Shown: piece after piece, positions 29,527-39,880 of the stretch | How positions within the stretch are numbered: position 1 is the first letter of the stretch | Layout: each line of letters opens with the position of its first letter | Assembly (NCBI GenBank): GCA_965199825.1 | Contig: OZ241329.1 | Coordinates: forward strand, 1,792,001 to 1,856,000 | Origin: Bdellovibrionales bacterium | Lineage (GTDB): Bacteria > Bdellovibrionota > Bdellovibrionia > Bdellovibrionales > UBA1609 | Length of the DNA stretch: 64,000 nt | Direction of reading: 5' to 3' | The notes under the pieces: model-generated | The model's database searches: none | What the model was told of the DNA's origin: nothing | Seen by the model: the letters and a program-made list of their open reading frames with translations, nothing else | Translations under genes and position numbers: made by a program

Positions 29527-30306
29527 TTGGTTTTAATAATCTCTTTACTGATAGCGATCACTTTTGCTGAACCTGGTCCGGCCTGTCATTTTAAGGCGGG
29601 AACAAATAAAATTCCGGTCATATTTTTTGGTGGCTACGGCTCAACGCCTAGAGATGTCAATGAATGGGCACATTCTGCTCAAAGCACCTCTCATTATGAA
29701 AGGTTTTATTTTGAGGGAAACTCATTACACAAATCTGGTTTATCGAAAGCTTCGGTTCTCAATGCCTCAGCTCAAGATATCGATAATTGTGTGAAGATGA
29801 TCAATTCGAATCAGTTTAAAGGCCCAATTGTGATCGTCGGGCACTCTCATGGCTCCCTGGTAATTAATAAAATTGTTGAAAAAACAAATCCCCAAAATCG
29901 ATCGAAAATTCAATTGGTCAACCTCGATGGATATAAATCAACAGGTCCAATTTTTAAAAATGTGAAGGTTCAGTGTTGGACCTCGTATTCACCAAGTAGT
30001 CAGCCCAATCCTCCAGAGTCCTGTGCAGATATTTTACCAAAAGCGAAGTCACGCGGAACAGATTCGATGAAACAGTGCTCTGGTACCTGCCATGTGATGA
30101 GAAGTCCAACCTGCGGGAGTAATGTTTGGTGTCGTCATTTTGCGTTGGTCAATCGGGGAGCATCTCCAAATTTAGGCGATGCCAATTTGAACAAAGCCTA
30201 CGCCAATGTCGACCCGCCGCTTGATTTTTTAAATCCCATTCTTGAAACTGCGCCCAATATTCAATTGGCCGAGCCGCTCGGTCAAAAATCCGACTCAGTC
30301 CTCTAA
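29527..30306 (+). CDS. Exported Cys-rich alpha/beta-hydrolase-fold protein
   Basis: Signal peptide, IFFGGYG, nucleophile elbow IVGHSHG and LVNLDG. Confidence 0.6.
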   Translation: MVLIISLLIAITFAEPGPACHFKAGTNKIPVIFFGGYGSTPRDVNEWAHSAQSTSHYERFYFEGNSLHKSGLSKASVLNASAQDIDNCVKMINSNQFKGPIVIVGHSHGSLVINKIVEKTNPQNRSKIQLVNLDGYKSTGPIFKNVKVQCWTSYSPSSQPNPPESCADILPKAKSRGTDSMKQCSGTCHVMRSPTCGSNVWCRHFALVNRGASPNLGDANLNKAYANVDPPLDFLNPILETAPNIQLAEPLGQKSDSVL

Positions 30307-31304
30307 CAAAACGTATCGAGGATTGCCGAAAAATCTTTTGTGCTCAGCCGTGTGTCGGCCTCATTCATTTGGCTTAGAGGTTTTTGATTTAAATCCATAT
30401 GATCCAAAAGGGTTGACGAATTTTGTTTATAAAAAAGAAGTCCGGTTAAGATTTCATTTTGGATTCGTGAATCATATATTTTTCTTAATGCATCGGCGGC
30501 ATCACCATGGTCGTGCTCATGAATTTTTCTGAGCGTAATTTTTGAACCATCGCTCAAATCAATTTGTGCTCGGTCTTCATAATCTACGGTGATTTGTTCT
30601 TGTGGCTCAACCAATCCGATTTCGTGCAGAACTTTAACTCTTGATTTGACCGACGTAAAACTTCGGGTCGAGCCCTCGTGGTTAGCAAAGGTGATGCATG
30701 GGGAAATCACATCAATCACCGCGGTGCCGTTGTGACGAAAGGCTGCAGAGAGTAAAGGAACGAGCTGTTTGGGATCGCCCGAAAATGAGCGCGCCACAAA
30801 AGAGCAACCAAGATCAATTGCCATGGAGCACAGGTCCACACTCGAAAAAGAATTGATCCCTCCCCCTTTGTGAATACTCCCGCGATCGGCCGTGGCGGAG
30901 AACTGCCCTTTGGTTAAACCGTACACACCGTTATTTTCGATGATGTAAACAATCGGCAAATTGCGTCTGACCATATGAGCAAAACTGCCAAGCCCGATGC
31001 TCGCGGTATCGCCATCACCAGAAATTCCGAGCAACATTAACTTATGATTGGCAATTTTGACACCTGTGGCGATCGGCGCCATTCGCCCATGAATGGTGTT
31101 GAAGCCATGAGATTGATTTAAAAAATAAGCCGGAGTTTTACTTGAGCATCCGATCCCAGACATCTTTGCTAAATCGTAAGGGTTGATGTTGGATTGATAA
31201 AGGGCGGTGATCAAATGTTGGGTGATGCTGTCGTGACCGCAGCCTGTGCAGAGAGTCGATTTGCTTCCGACATAATCCTGGCGCAACAGACCGAGCTTAT
31301 TCAT
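30303..31304 (-). CDS. korB: 2-oxoacid:ferredoxin oxidoreductase beta subunit
   Basis: LCTGCGH, SGIGCSS, HGR, GDGD and NNGVYGLTKGQ. Confidence 0.9.
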   Translation of the reverse strand: MNKLGLLRQDYVGSKSTLCTGCGHDSITQHLITALYQSNINPYDLAKMSGIGCSSKTPAYFLNQSHGFNTIHGRMAPIATGVKIANHKLMLLGISGDGDTASIGLGSFAHMVRRNLPIVYIIENNGVYGLTKGQFSATADRGSIHKGGGINSFSSVDLCSMAIDLGCSFVARSFSGDPKQLVPLLSAAFRHNGTAVIDVISPCITFANHEGSTRSFTSVKSRVKVLHEIGLVEPQEQITVDYEDRAQIDLSDGSKITLRKIHEHDHGDAADALRKIYDSRIQNEILTGLLFYKQNSSTLLDHMDLNQKPLSQMNEADTRLSTKDFSAILDTFC

Positions 31305-33057
31305 TTGCCATCATTTCATTTTTTAAAATTTGAGCTACAAAATGGGCGGGCTCGGCGGGGAGCCCATCATATTGCAAAACCGAAATGAGTTTATGAGCAA
31401 TTTGTGGAAATCGACTTCGCAATAAAGTCAGCATTTGCCCATCACGGTTTTGCTCAAGCACATAAATTTTTTGGTGATTTAAACCAAAGTCTTCAACAGA
31501 ATCACTAAAAGGAAGCGACCGAATACGTAAATAATCTGTATTTATATTATGACTGACCAAAAGTTCTGAGATTTCGGCTATTGCAAAATCGGTTGATCCA
31601 TAAGCGATCAAACCTATGGCATGCGACTGAACTTCAATCACTGGTTGGGGCAAGACGTTTGTGGCCGATCTTATTTTTAATTTTAATCGATCCATGTTTT
31701 GGACATAGTCTTCGGCTTTTTCAGAATAAGCCGCATCTTTGTTGTGACCCGTCCCGCGAGTAAAATAGGCCGCAAGCGGATGCTGAGTGCCGGGCAGAGT
31801 GCGCGGAGCGATCCCTTGAGAATCACCCTCATAGCGCGAAAATTTTTTGATCGCATTGAGATCCTCGATGCTCAAAACTTTACCGCGATCAAATTTTTTG
31901 TCGGGGTAATCGAATCGTTTGGTCACGTGTTGATTCATGCCAAGATCCAGATCGGAAAGAACAATCACCAGAGTTTGAAATCGCTCGGCAAGATCAAAAG
32001 CGTTTTGGGCAAATTCAAAACACTCTTCGGGATTTGCAGGAATCAATACCAAATGCTCAGTGTCACCGTGAGAAAGATTGGCTGCCGAAAGAACATCACC
32101 TTGCATGGTGCGAGTGGGTAAACCTGTGCTCGGCCCCACACGTTGCACATCCCAGATCACCGCCGGAATTTCGGCATAGTAGCTTAATCCTGCAGCCTCC
32201 GCCATTAGCGATAAGCCCGGGCCAGAGGTCGCAGTCATCGCGCGGGCACCCGCCCATCCTGCACCGATCACCATACTGATCGAGGCGAGTTCATCTTCGG
32301 CCTGAAGGACCGCGTAGGATCCTTTGCGATACACCTTGGCAAGCTCCTCAAAGGACTCAATCACCGAGCTTGAAGGAGTGATGGGGTACCACGCAACAAC
32401 CGTGCATCCGCCCATGATCGATCCAAGACCTGCAGCCATATTGCCGTCGATCAGTATATTTTGTTTATTTTGATCGGGCTGAGACTCAACCCGAAATGGA
32501 CAGGTCAAAGTTTTCGCAAACTCCACACCTTTTAAGTAAGCCTGCTCGTTTGCCGCAATCGTTTTTTGTTTAAAGGATTCGGCAATCAAAGGTAAAACAC
32601 CCTCGATCTTTAAAATTTCGCTCAACACTCCGACATAAATTAAATTATATAAAAGTTTTTTAAGCTTAGGAGATTCCGAAATATCGCCGCACAAATCGCG
32701 AAATGGAATGGCCACACATTGAACATCATTTCTTAAAGCTTCGGGTGAAATTTTAAATTCACTATTGTAAAAGTAAAAGCCGTTGGGTTTTACCGCCTTG
32801 ATATCTTGGGCAAGAGTGGACTCATTTAAACTCACAACCAAATCAAATGGAGTTTTTCTGGCGCAAAAACCTTTTTTATTTACTCTAATATTGAACCAGG
32901 TGGGAAGACCCGCAATATTCGACGGAAAAAGATTTTGTCCAGAAACCGCAAGTCCCATACGAAAAAGAGCTTTGACCAAAAGGGCGTTTGCCGACTGGCT
33001 GCCGCTTCCGTTAATGGTCGAAATTTGTAAGGTAAAATCATTGATAGATTGTGACAC
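31297..33057 (-). CDS. korA: 2-oxoacid:ferredoxin oxidoreductase alpha (gamma-alpha fused) subunit
   Basis: NGSGSQS, YPITPSS, QAEDELA, TSGPGLSLM and QRVGPSTGLPT. Confidence 0.9.
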   Translation of the reverse strand: MSQSINDFTLQISTINGSGSQSANALLVKALFRMGLAVSGQNLFPSNIAGLPTWFNIRVNKKGFCARKTPFDLVVSLNESTLAQDIKAVKPNGFYFYNSEFKISPEALRNDVQCVAIPFRDLCGDISESPKLKKLLYNLIYVGVLSEILKIEGVLPLIAESFKQKTIAANEQAYLKGVEFAKTLTCPFRVESQPDQNKQNILIDGNMAAGLGSIMGGCTVVAWYPITPSSSVIESFEELAKVYRKGSYAVLQAEDELASISMVIGAGWAGARAMTATSGPGLSLMAEAAGLSYYAEIPAVIWDVQRVGPSTGLPTRTMQGDVLSAANLSHGDTEHLVLIPANPEECFEFAQNAFDLAERFQTLVIVLSDLDLGMNQHVTKRFDYPDKKFDRGKVLSIEDLNAIKKFSRYEGDSQGIAPRTLPGTQHPLAAYFTRGTGHNKDAAYSEKAEDYVQNMDRLKLKIRSATNVLPQPVIEVQSHAIGLIAYGSTDFAIAEISELLVSHNINTDYLRIRSLPFSDSVEDFGLNHQKIYVLEQNRDGQMLTLLRSRFPQIAHKLISVLQYDGLPAEPAHFVAQILKNEMMANE

Positions 33058-33098
33058 GTCGATCAGATTTTTAGCACAAAACCAAACCGATGTTTATC

Positions 33099-33884
33099 TC
33101 AAGTTTCGTTTTCTTCTTCCTGATCTGATGGCGCCATTTGGACTTCATCGGCGGGTTCGGTTGTGTCTGCCGCGTAAGCGTTTGGATTGATGGTTAAAAC
33201 CCAATCTTTGTAGTGGGTGTAAATCTCTTCAATACCGGCTGGGGGATGCACTGGGCCCACATGAAGCACCAACTCACCCGGAAGCGGAATCAAGCGTCCC
33301 TTTGGCCAGAGTTCATTATTGCCCTCAAGATATAAAAATAAAATGGGGGTGTTGGTGCTCTCGGCAAAACGCGATACCCCTCGTTTAAATGTTTGGATCC
33401 GGCCATCTTTGGACCGAGTTCCTTCGGGAAAGAGTATCATCCAACAGCGATCCAAATTTTCGAGGAGCGAAATGCAAAGTTTAATCGCCTCGCCCCCCTT
33501 ATCTTTGCGATCAATCGGAATCGCACCCAAACAATGCTTTGAGAAAAAAGTGAAAATGGGATTTCGAAACCAGTAATCCTTGGCCGCCGAAATATAAAGA
33601 TCAAGCCAGTAGCGAAATGGAATCCCGGCCGCAATTGAGACCGCGTCTAAGTGACTCGCGTGATTGGAAATCAATAACAGACGGGGATGCTCGGCGTAGA
33701 GTTTATCAAAGTCGCCATTGACCCGCAGTTTGACATAAAACCGAAAGGCAATTTTTAAAAAAGCCGCCCACAATAATCGAAAGAGCCAACTGGTAAAATC
33801 AAAGTTTCTGGTAAATAGCGGAAGATGCCGAATATGCGGTCGAAGTTTTCGCCACTGGTCGTTGTCGTAGTTCCAATCCGCCAT
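33099..33884 (-). CDS. Lysophospholipid acyltransferase (PlsC family)
   Basis: NHASHLD (HxxxxD) and FPEGTRS motifs. Confidence 0.88.
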   Translation of the reverse strand: MADWNYDNDQWRKLRPHIRHLPLFTRNFDFTSWLFRLLWAAFLKIAFRFYVKLRVNGDFDKLYAEHPRLLLISNHASHLDAVSIAAGIPFRYWLDLYISAAKDYWFRNPIFTFFSKHCLGAIPIDRKDKGGEAIKLCISLLENLDRCWMILFPEGTRSKDGRIQTFKRGVSRFAESTNTPILFLYLEGNNELWPKGRLIPLPGELVLHVGPVHPPAGIEEIYTHYKDWVLTINPNAYAADTTEPADEVQMAPSDQEEENET

Positions 33885-33886
33885 CT

Positions 33887-34819
33887 TTAAATTCTTTCGA
33901 TCAACCAGATAAAGACATAATAATACATGGGCCCCACAAATGTGAGTTTGTCCACACGATGAAGAATGTCACCTCGTCCTAAAATAAAAAGCCCGGTGTT
34001 TTTTAAGCCAAGATCTCTACGAAGCACTGACAAAAATAAATCACCAAATCGCCCAAAGACCGCAGCGATCAGTCCGGCCGCAATCCAATATTGTTCAGAG
34101 CGATCGGGCAAAAGGTGTCGCATTGCGAACGCTGCAGCCAACGTGACAATGATGGCGATGATCATTCCTTCAAGCGTAAAGCGAGATGAGATTTTGCTAA
34201 ACGGTCTTAAGCGACCAACTAACCGCGAGGCCGCGATGCTTGTGTTATCTGCAACTTCGGTTAACAGATAAAGATACATCACAACGAATGCGCCCTTTTC
34301 CATTTTGAGCAAAGCCCCAAGATGCATAAATGACCAACCAAACAAACAAAAAGCCATCAGCGAGAGCGCCATATACTGAATCATATGGGTGGCCGAGTTG
34401 CGAATCAGAGGAATCAAAACTAGCATTGCCAAAAAAATCATGGGTGTAACATTATAAAGATCCCAATAGCCGCGATAAAGAACCACACCTAAAAAAATAA
34501 TAAAAAAGTAGGTGAGGATCACAAACCATGAACGATGGTACATTCCGGTCATCTGAAAAAATGTTTTTGAGCTTAAGATCGCAACCAAAGTTAAAAAGGC
34601 GAGCGTCCATGGATAGGGCAGACCAAGCATCAGGATCAGAATAGGTGCTGCAAAAAACCAGCTTTTGAGTGAACTCCAGGCGGCAACAAGATGTGGATTT
34701 TTTTTTCTAAAAAAGAACAGAACAAGACCAAGTGTGGCAATCACGCCAAGGATGATGGCGGCTGTTTGTTGATAAAGTGGGTCACTGTACAAAGCTGCAA
34801 TCACGTAAAACCTTTCCAA
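33887..34819 (-). CDS. Phosphatidate cytidylyltransferase family (CdsA/YnbB-like)
   Basis: Multiple TM segments; KISSRFTLEG, GDLFLSVLRRDLG and GRGDILHRVD resemble the CTP_transf_1 signature. Confidence 0.8.
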   Translation of the reverse strand: MERFYVIAALYSDPLYQQTAAIILGVIATLGLVLFFFRKKNPHLVAAWSSLKSWFFAAPILILMLGLPYPWTLAFLTLVAILSSKTFFQMTGMYHRSWFVILTYFFIIFLGVVLYRGYWDLYNVTPMIFLAMLVLIPLIRNSATHMIQYMALSLMAFCLFGWSFMHLGALLKMEKGAFVVMYLYLLTEVADNTSIAASRLVGRLRPFSKISSRFTLEGMIIAIIVTLAAAFAMRHLLPDRSEQYWIAAGLIAAVFGRFGDLFLSVLRRDLGLKNTGLFILGRGDILHRVDKLTFVGPMYYYVFIWLIERI

Positions 34820-36135
34820 GTAATTCGAAGATCTTTAATCTTCTTATAAAGGTTCGACCGCGACACTTTCAAGACGCGAGCCGCTTCGTCGACATTTCCA
34901 AATTGCTCCAGACATTTTTTTATCACACCCACTTCGTGTTGCGCCATCATCTCATCAAGACCTTGATCTAGGTTGTTGAGCGCATGGGTCTTAATTCTGT
35001 TTTGTGTGTTGAGCAAATAATGAACATCGCTGGCACGGATCAAGGGCAAAGGCGCTGAAAACTGTAAGTTCTCACAAGCTCTTTTTAACTCACGAACATT
35101 TCCGGGCCAGTCATAATTTTTTAAAACTTCAATCGCATCATTCGAAATCATCTTTGGACGTCTTGAATCCATTTTTAAAAAATGCTCGCACAGAATCGGG
35201 ATATCCTCTCGACGTTCACGTAAGGGTGAAAGGATTATTTTTTTACCATTAATGCGGTAAAGTAAATCTTCGCGGAATAATTTTTCTTCGACCATTGTCT
35301 CAAGGTTTTTATTTGTAGCCACAATGACTCGTGTGTCGACATGTTGAATTTGGCGGCTGCCCACTTTCCTGATCTCGCCGTTTTCTAAAAATCTTAAGAG
35401 CTTGGCTTGGTGATGAAGGGGGAGGGCTTCAATCTCGTCCAAAAACAAATCTCCATTGTGAGCGGCTTCGGCTAATCCAATTTTATTTTGGGTGGCTCCA
35501 GTAAATGCGCCGCGCACATGACCAAAAAATTCGCTTTCAAAAAGAGAGTCTGGGATTGAGGCCATGTTCACCGAAATAAATGGCCGATCTGATTTTTCTT
35601 TATGAAGCATTTTTGCAATGACATCTTTGCCCGTGCCGCTTTCGCCTTCGATCAATAAAGTTCCTGGCTCATTTTTTAATTCGGCAACGCGCCTGCGGAT
35701 TTGGTTAGAAAATTGCGACACGCCAATCCAGCGGGGTTGATTGGAATGGGTGCGCTTGAGTGACGATTGGATATACAAGTAGGATTCAATTTTTTCGAGA
35801 GTTAACCGCACTTCATCAAAATTAAGAGGTTTTGCAAGGTAGCGGGTTGCACCCACCGCCAAACACTTTTCCATTAAGGTGCGGTCAAGATCGCCTTAGA
35901 CCGCAATAATCTCAAGGTGAGGATCTGCAAGACGAAGTTTACGGATAATTTCTAAACCTTCAGCAATCTGCACTTGTCCAGTTAAATGAAGATCAACAAA
36001 TGCGGCATGAAGTTGAAGGGGAAGCGCAACATCGTCATCCTCAACGACCGAAAGTCGCCACTGCTCTGGGAGTTCGGCTTTTAAAAGTTGGGCGACTAAA
36101 GGATCATCATCGACTAATAAGAGGTGATATTGCAT
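34801..36135 (-). pseudogene. NtrC-family sigma54-dependent response regulator (REC-AAA+-HTH) interrupted by an in-frame TAA at 35896-35898
   Basis: REC (LLVDDD, FVDLHL) reads IIAV*GDLDRTLMEK in one frame. AAA+ motifs GESGTGKD, GAFTGA, LDEI, FREDLLYRIN and WPGNVREL; C-terminal HTH. Confidence 0.75.
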
Positions 36136-36211
36136 GCCCACAAAATGCTGCAGTGAGAACAAAAACTCAAATTATTTGGAAAACTCATTCTTAGTGGATA
36201 AAATTTTTTGC

Positions 36212-37408
36212 ATGAAAGTTTTGTTGTTAGAGGGAATACATACCAGCGCAGAAAAACGCTTTCGTGAAGCGGGCTTTGAAGTTGAAACAAGTAAAGCCGC
36301 CATGAACGAAGGTGAACTCTTAAGTGCACTAAAAAACGTCGATGTGCTTGGCATTCGATCAAAAACCGAAATTACAAAAAACGTTTTCGAGGCTCACCCG
36401 CATCTGTGGGCGGTGGGAGCTTTTTGCATCGGGACCAACCAAATAGATCTTGTTTGCTCAAATAAACTCGGTATTCCGGTATTTAATGCTCCATACTCAA
36501 ACACGCGCAGTGTGGCCGAGATGGTTTTGGCCGAGCTCGTGATCCTCTCGCGACAGATGGGCGATCGCAATACGAGAGCTCATCTTGGCCAATGGCAAAA
36601 GTCAGCGGTCGGGGCAAAAGAAGTTCGTGGAAAAACTTTAGGGATTGTGGGGTATGGCCACATCGGCAGTCAGATTAGTGTTTTGGCCGAAGCTTTAGGT
36701 TTAAGAGTGATCTTTTTTGATATTGTGAAAAAACTCCCCATGGGGAATGCGCGACCTGTTGAAACCTTAAATGAGCTTTTGAACGAAAGCGATTTTGTGA
36801 CTTTACATGTGCCTGAGACTCCTCAAACCTCCAATTTGATGGGTGCCTTAGAACTGGGACAAATGAAAAAGGGTGGGTTTTTAATCAATGCGAGTCGGGG
36901 AACGGTAGTCGATCTTGAAGCCCTCGCAAAGCAACTTAAAAACAAACATATTGCGGGAGCAGCGATCGACGTTTTTCCACTCGAACCAAAAAGCAATGAC
37001 GATAAATTTGTTTCGCCTCTTCAAGGATTAGAGAATGTTTTTTTAACCCCCCATGTGGGAGGCAGCACCGAAGAGGCCCAAGAGGCCATTGGTCTCGAGG
37101 TCTCAGAAAGTATTTTGCGATTTTTTAAATCAGGAAGCACGGGGGGTGCGGTCAACTTTCCTCAGATCGAGGCCCTGCCCATCGAAAAAGGCCAACGTCT
37201 TATCAATGTTCATCATAATGTGCCGGGTGTGCTTCGCGAAATCAATTCGCTGGTATCAAACAGTGACGCCAACATTCGGGCGCAATATCTGAGCACCGAC
37301 AATGAAATTGGGTATTTGATTATGGATGTGGAAAATGCGCCGGCTCAAGGCTTAAGCGATCAGATCCGCAACTTAAAGACCTCAATCAAGACTCGGGTCT
37401 TAGTGTGA
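36212..37408 (+). CDS. serA: D-3-phosphoglycerate dehydrogenase (likely start ATG 36212)
   Basis: LLLEGIH, GIRSKT, FCIGTNQ, NAPYSNTRSVAE, GYGHIG, TPHVGGSTEEAQ and a C-terminal ACT domain (HHNVPGVL). Confidence 0.95.
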   Translation: MKVLLLEGIHTSAEKRFREAGFEVETSKAAMNEGELLSALKNVDVLGIRSKTEITKNVFEAHPHLWAVGAFCIGTNQIDLVCSNKLGIPVFNAPYSNTRSVAEMVLAELVILSRQMGDRNTRAHLGQWQKSAVGAKEVRGKTLGIVGYGHIGSQISVLAEALGLRVIFFDIVKKLPMGNARPVETLNELLNESDFVTLHVPETPQTSNLMGALELGQMKKGGFLINASRGTVVDLEALAKQLKNKHIAGAAIDVFPLEPKSNDDKFVSPLQGLENVFLTPHVGGSTEEAQEAIGLEVSESILRFFKSGSTGGAVNFPQIEALPIEKGQRLINVHHNVPGVLREINSLVSNSDANIRAQYLSTDNEIGYLIMDVENAPAQGLSDQIRNLKTSIKTRVLV

Positions 37409-37918
37409 GAATTCGCAGTAAGCACCGCGATCGTTCATCTCGCCGCAGTGGACTAAATTAAAGGTTCCCAATTCTTTTTGGGCCTCCACCATGGCTTGGG
37501 CAAAGGATTGAACCACTGGCCCTTGAACAAAACCGGATTCGCACTCAAACAAAAGATGTTGAGTCTTAACAGAGGCCAGACAATTCTGGTCGGTTGCTGA
37601 ACCCCAAGATGCGGTACTCGAAAGTTTGTTTTCTGCATAAACACATTTTAAGGAATCTTCCGACGTACAATTGATAAAGCTCAATTGAGGAAAATATTTT
37701 TGGGCAATGAGGTCATAAACCTTTTTTTGCCCAATCGGGTGGCGGAGTGGGTGGATCTTGAGGCGAAGATTGATTTCTCCAGTATCACAGCGAATATGGA
37801 CCTCAGGAACATAATGCGAGAGTTTGCAGAACCGTGCTGCCTGAGTAAACCCAAGATCTTGCTTTGGCCAATGGCCCGCAAAGGCGAGCCCCGAAAAAAT
37901 TAGCGTGAGAATAAACAT
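37400..37918 (-). CDS. Exported Cys-rich hypothetical protein with two internal repeats (likely start ATG 37918)
   Basis: Signal peptide MFILTLIFSGLAFA; 8 Cys in two C...C(D/E)xG...C...C units; paralog of the upstream gene. Confidence 0.65.
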   Translation of the reverse strand: MFILTLIFSGLAFAGHWPKQDLGFTQAARFCKLSHYVPEVHIRCDTGEINLRLKIHPLRHPIGQKKVYDLIAQKYFPQLSFINCTSEDSLKCVYAENKLSSTASWGSATDQNCLASVKTQHLLFECESGFVQGPVVQSFAQAMVEAQKELGTFNLVHCGEMNDRGAYCEFSH

Positions 37919-38499
37919 GATCCGCCAAAATAATAATCGCAGTGAATGACTTTGAATTCTTGCAACAGTGACCGCGCCCAATCGAAGGCGGCTTGTTCGT
38001 TCAAAATATTATCAGCGTCGGTCAAAGGATATTTGGCTAATCCGTTGTCACAATCAAAAACTAATGCCCGGCGTTTGGGATCAAACCAACTTTTTTCCAT
38101 TTTGACATAACACAAAGTTGCATCTTTGGCGTGAGCTGAAAGATCAAGTTGTGGCGCATTTCTCACGGCCGATTGTTGCATAAAAGTGCAATTGAAACGT
38201 TGGCCCCCACCGCCGCCACATAAGCGAACCGAGAGCTGGGGTGAAAGCAACTCTTGCGCCACCAAAATTCCGCGGTAGCCATTTGTGACCATGTCATTGC
38301 CTAGAAAATTATAAGTGATCGATCCGTTGTCGCAGTAAAACACCACGTGAGCTGGCGAGCCATGGGTATCGGGAGAGACATAGACCGCTTGGCAAAATGT
38401 AGACTGCTGGGTGAATTCTAAAATTTGAGTTCGACTTGTTGGCTTTTGAGCAAAGGCTGCGGGGGCTAATAACATTGCTAAAACAAAAAGTGATTTCAT
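37900..38499 (-). CDS. Exported Cys-rich hypothetical protein with two internal repeats
   Basis: AGGAG RBS; signal peptide ending AFA; two F.CDNG repeats; 8 Cys. Confidence 0.72.
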   Translation of the reverse strand: MKSLFVLAMLLAPAAFAQKPTSRTQILEFTQQSTFCQAVYVSPDTHGSPAHVVFYCDNGSITYNFLGNDMVTNGYRGILVAQELLSPQLSVRLCGGGGGQRFNCTFMQQSAVRNAPQLDLSAHAKDATLCYVKMEKSWFDPKRRALVFDCDNGLAKYPLTDADNILNEQAAFDWARSLLQEFKVIHCDYYFGGSCLFSR

Positions 38500-38592
38500 G
38501 TGCGCTCCTAAAAACCTATTGTTTACACCCGGCCATTTGCCAAGGGCAACCGCAACACTTCAGTCGTGCACTTAATTCAATTTTTAAGGTGC

Positions 38593-38609
38593 TGTCTCAA
38601 TTTGAGATA
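38593..38609. promoter_or_regulatory. Palindromic putative operator TGTCTCA-ATT-TGAGATA
   Basis: Dyad in a divergent intergenic region; related copies at 20635 and 51780. Confidence 0.45.
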
Positions 38610-38764
38610 CCTTCGCTCACTTCATTTGCCTGCAGCGTAATTTGTCACCCCTGTCATGTTTACTACGGCCTAAACGCCTCAGCACAACGTTTAAACCGTT
38701 TTAGCGTCGGTTTCGGCCTTGCAATTCAGAGTGTTAAGGGAAGGATCATTTTATCAAAAACTCA

Positions 38765-39880
38765 TTGCTCCTTATCATTCTGTTTTTACCCTTTTATGCG
38801 TTGGCTCAAGGGCCTTCGGTAGAGCCTGCTGACATCCAGCCTGAGCTAAAAACGAGCTGGGCGATGAGCCTTTATGGTCGGGGTGTGAACGATAGTATCG
38901 AAAAGAGTTTTGTCTCTGGTGTGGCCGGTGTGGCAACCCTTAAGTATGAGCCCTTAACTTGGCTTGATACCAAAATCGCTCCCGGAGCGGTGATCGAAAC
39001 CGGAAGTGTCTCGGCACTTTATGATTCCAACCAACCCCGCAATACGGTTTTTTTGGATGAAGCCCTTGTGAATGTGAAGCCATTTAGTTTTTTTACTTTG
39101 TCCACTGGTGCGATCAATCAAAGATTTCTTCATAGTCCGCTGTTGATCGATGCACAGTCTTTTCCAGGTGCTCTTCAAAATTTTCATTACGAAGGCCCTT
39201 TGGGCAAATTCAATTTTATTCTTGAAGAAGCGGTGCCCTCTTCGGTCAGTTTCTCAACGCTCACAAGCGATAAAGAACCCCTACCACAATTGTTTACCCA
39301 AACACTTTCGTTTGAGGTTGTTCCAAATCGCGATGTGAAATTTATTGTACGCGGAACTCACTTTCAGTTTAGTGATTTGCCAGCTCAAGTTGCTTATCTT
39401 TCGAGTATCAACGGCAACAGCAGTGCGTGTATCAGTGGTGATGTGCCCCAAAGTAAACGGTTTTTGTGTCAGTTTGAAGGCTGGCAAACCGGAGTCGAAA
39501 TGGATGTTCATTTAGCCACGGGCGTGTGGGCAATGACCGGGGGCGAGTACATCGTGAACGAAGGTGCACCCTCTGGTGAGAATCAGGGATACATGGGTTT
39601 TGGCCAACTTCGATTTGCGATTGCTCCTCAATGGCGGATGTACACACGCGCCGAATATTTTTATGATCAGTCTGACACGTCTCCTGCATTTTACAACTCG
39701 CCGATTTATGGACACAGTAACCGCCAAGGTTACGGTGGAGAGTTGAGATTTGAAAATGCGCGCAGTGGATTTGATGTGCGCTTTCGATATGTGGATGCAA
39801 GATTGATCGAGACCAATCCAAATCAAGCCAACACCACTATCTTTTTACTAACACTGGGGTTTTTCAGTGCGACTCATTAA
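38765..39880 (+). CDS. Putative outer-membrane beta-barrel (porin-like) protein
   Basis: Signal peptide ending ALA; alternating aromatic/hydrophobic beta strands (YTRAEYFY, GYGGELRF, FDVRFRYV); C-terminal strand FLLTLGFF. Confidence 0.7.
   Translation: MLLIILFLPFYALAQGPSVEPADIQPELKTSWAMSLYGRGVNDSIEKSFVSGVAGVATLKYEPLTWLDTKIAPGAVIETGSVSALYDSNQPRNTVFLDEALVNVKPFSFFTLSTGAINQRFLHSPLLIDAQSFPGALQNFHYEGPLGKFNFILEEAVPSSVSFSTLTSDKEPLPQLFTQTLSFEVVPNRDVKFIVRGTHFQFSDLPAQVAYLSSINGNSSACISGDVPQSKRFLCQFEGWQTGVEMDVHLATGVWAMTGGEYIVNEGAPSGENQGYMGFGQLRFAIAPQWRMYTRAEYFYDQSDTSPAFYNSPIYGHSNRQGYGGELRFENARSGFDVRFRYVDARLIETNPNQANTTIFLLTLGFFSATH

Noticed and set aside
35896..35898. Stop-codon reassignment or programmed readthrough
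   Set aside because: TAA terminates many genes normally in this window and this is a single instance.
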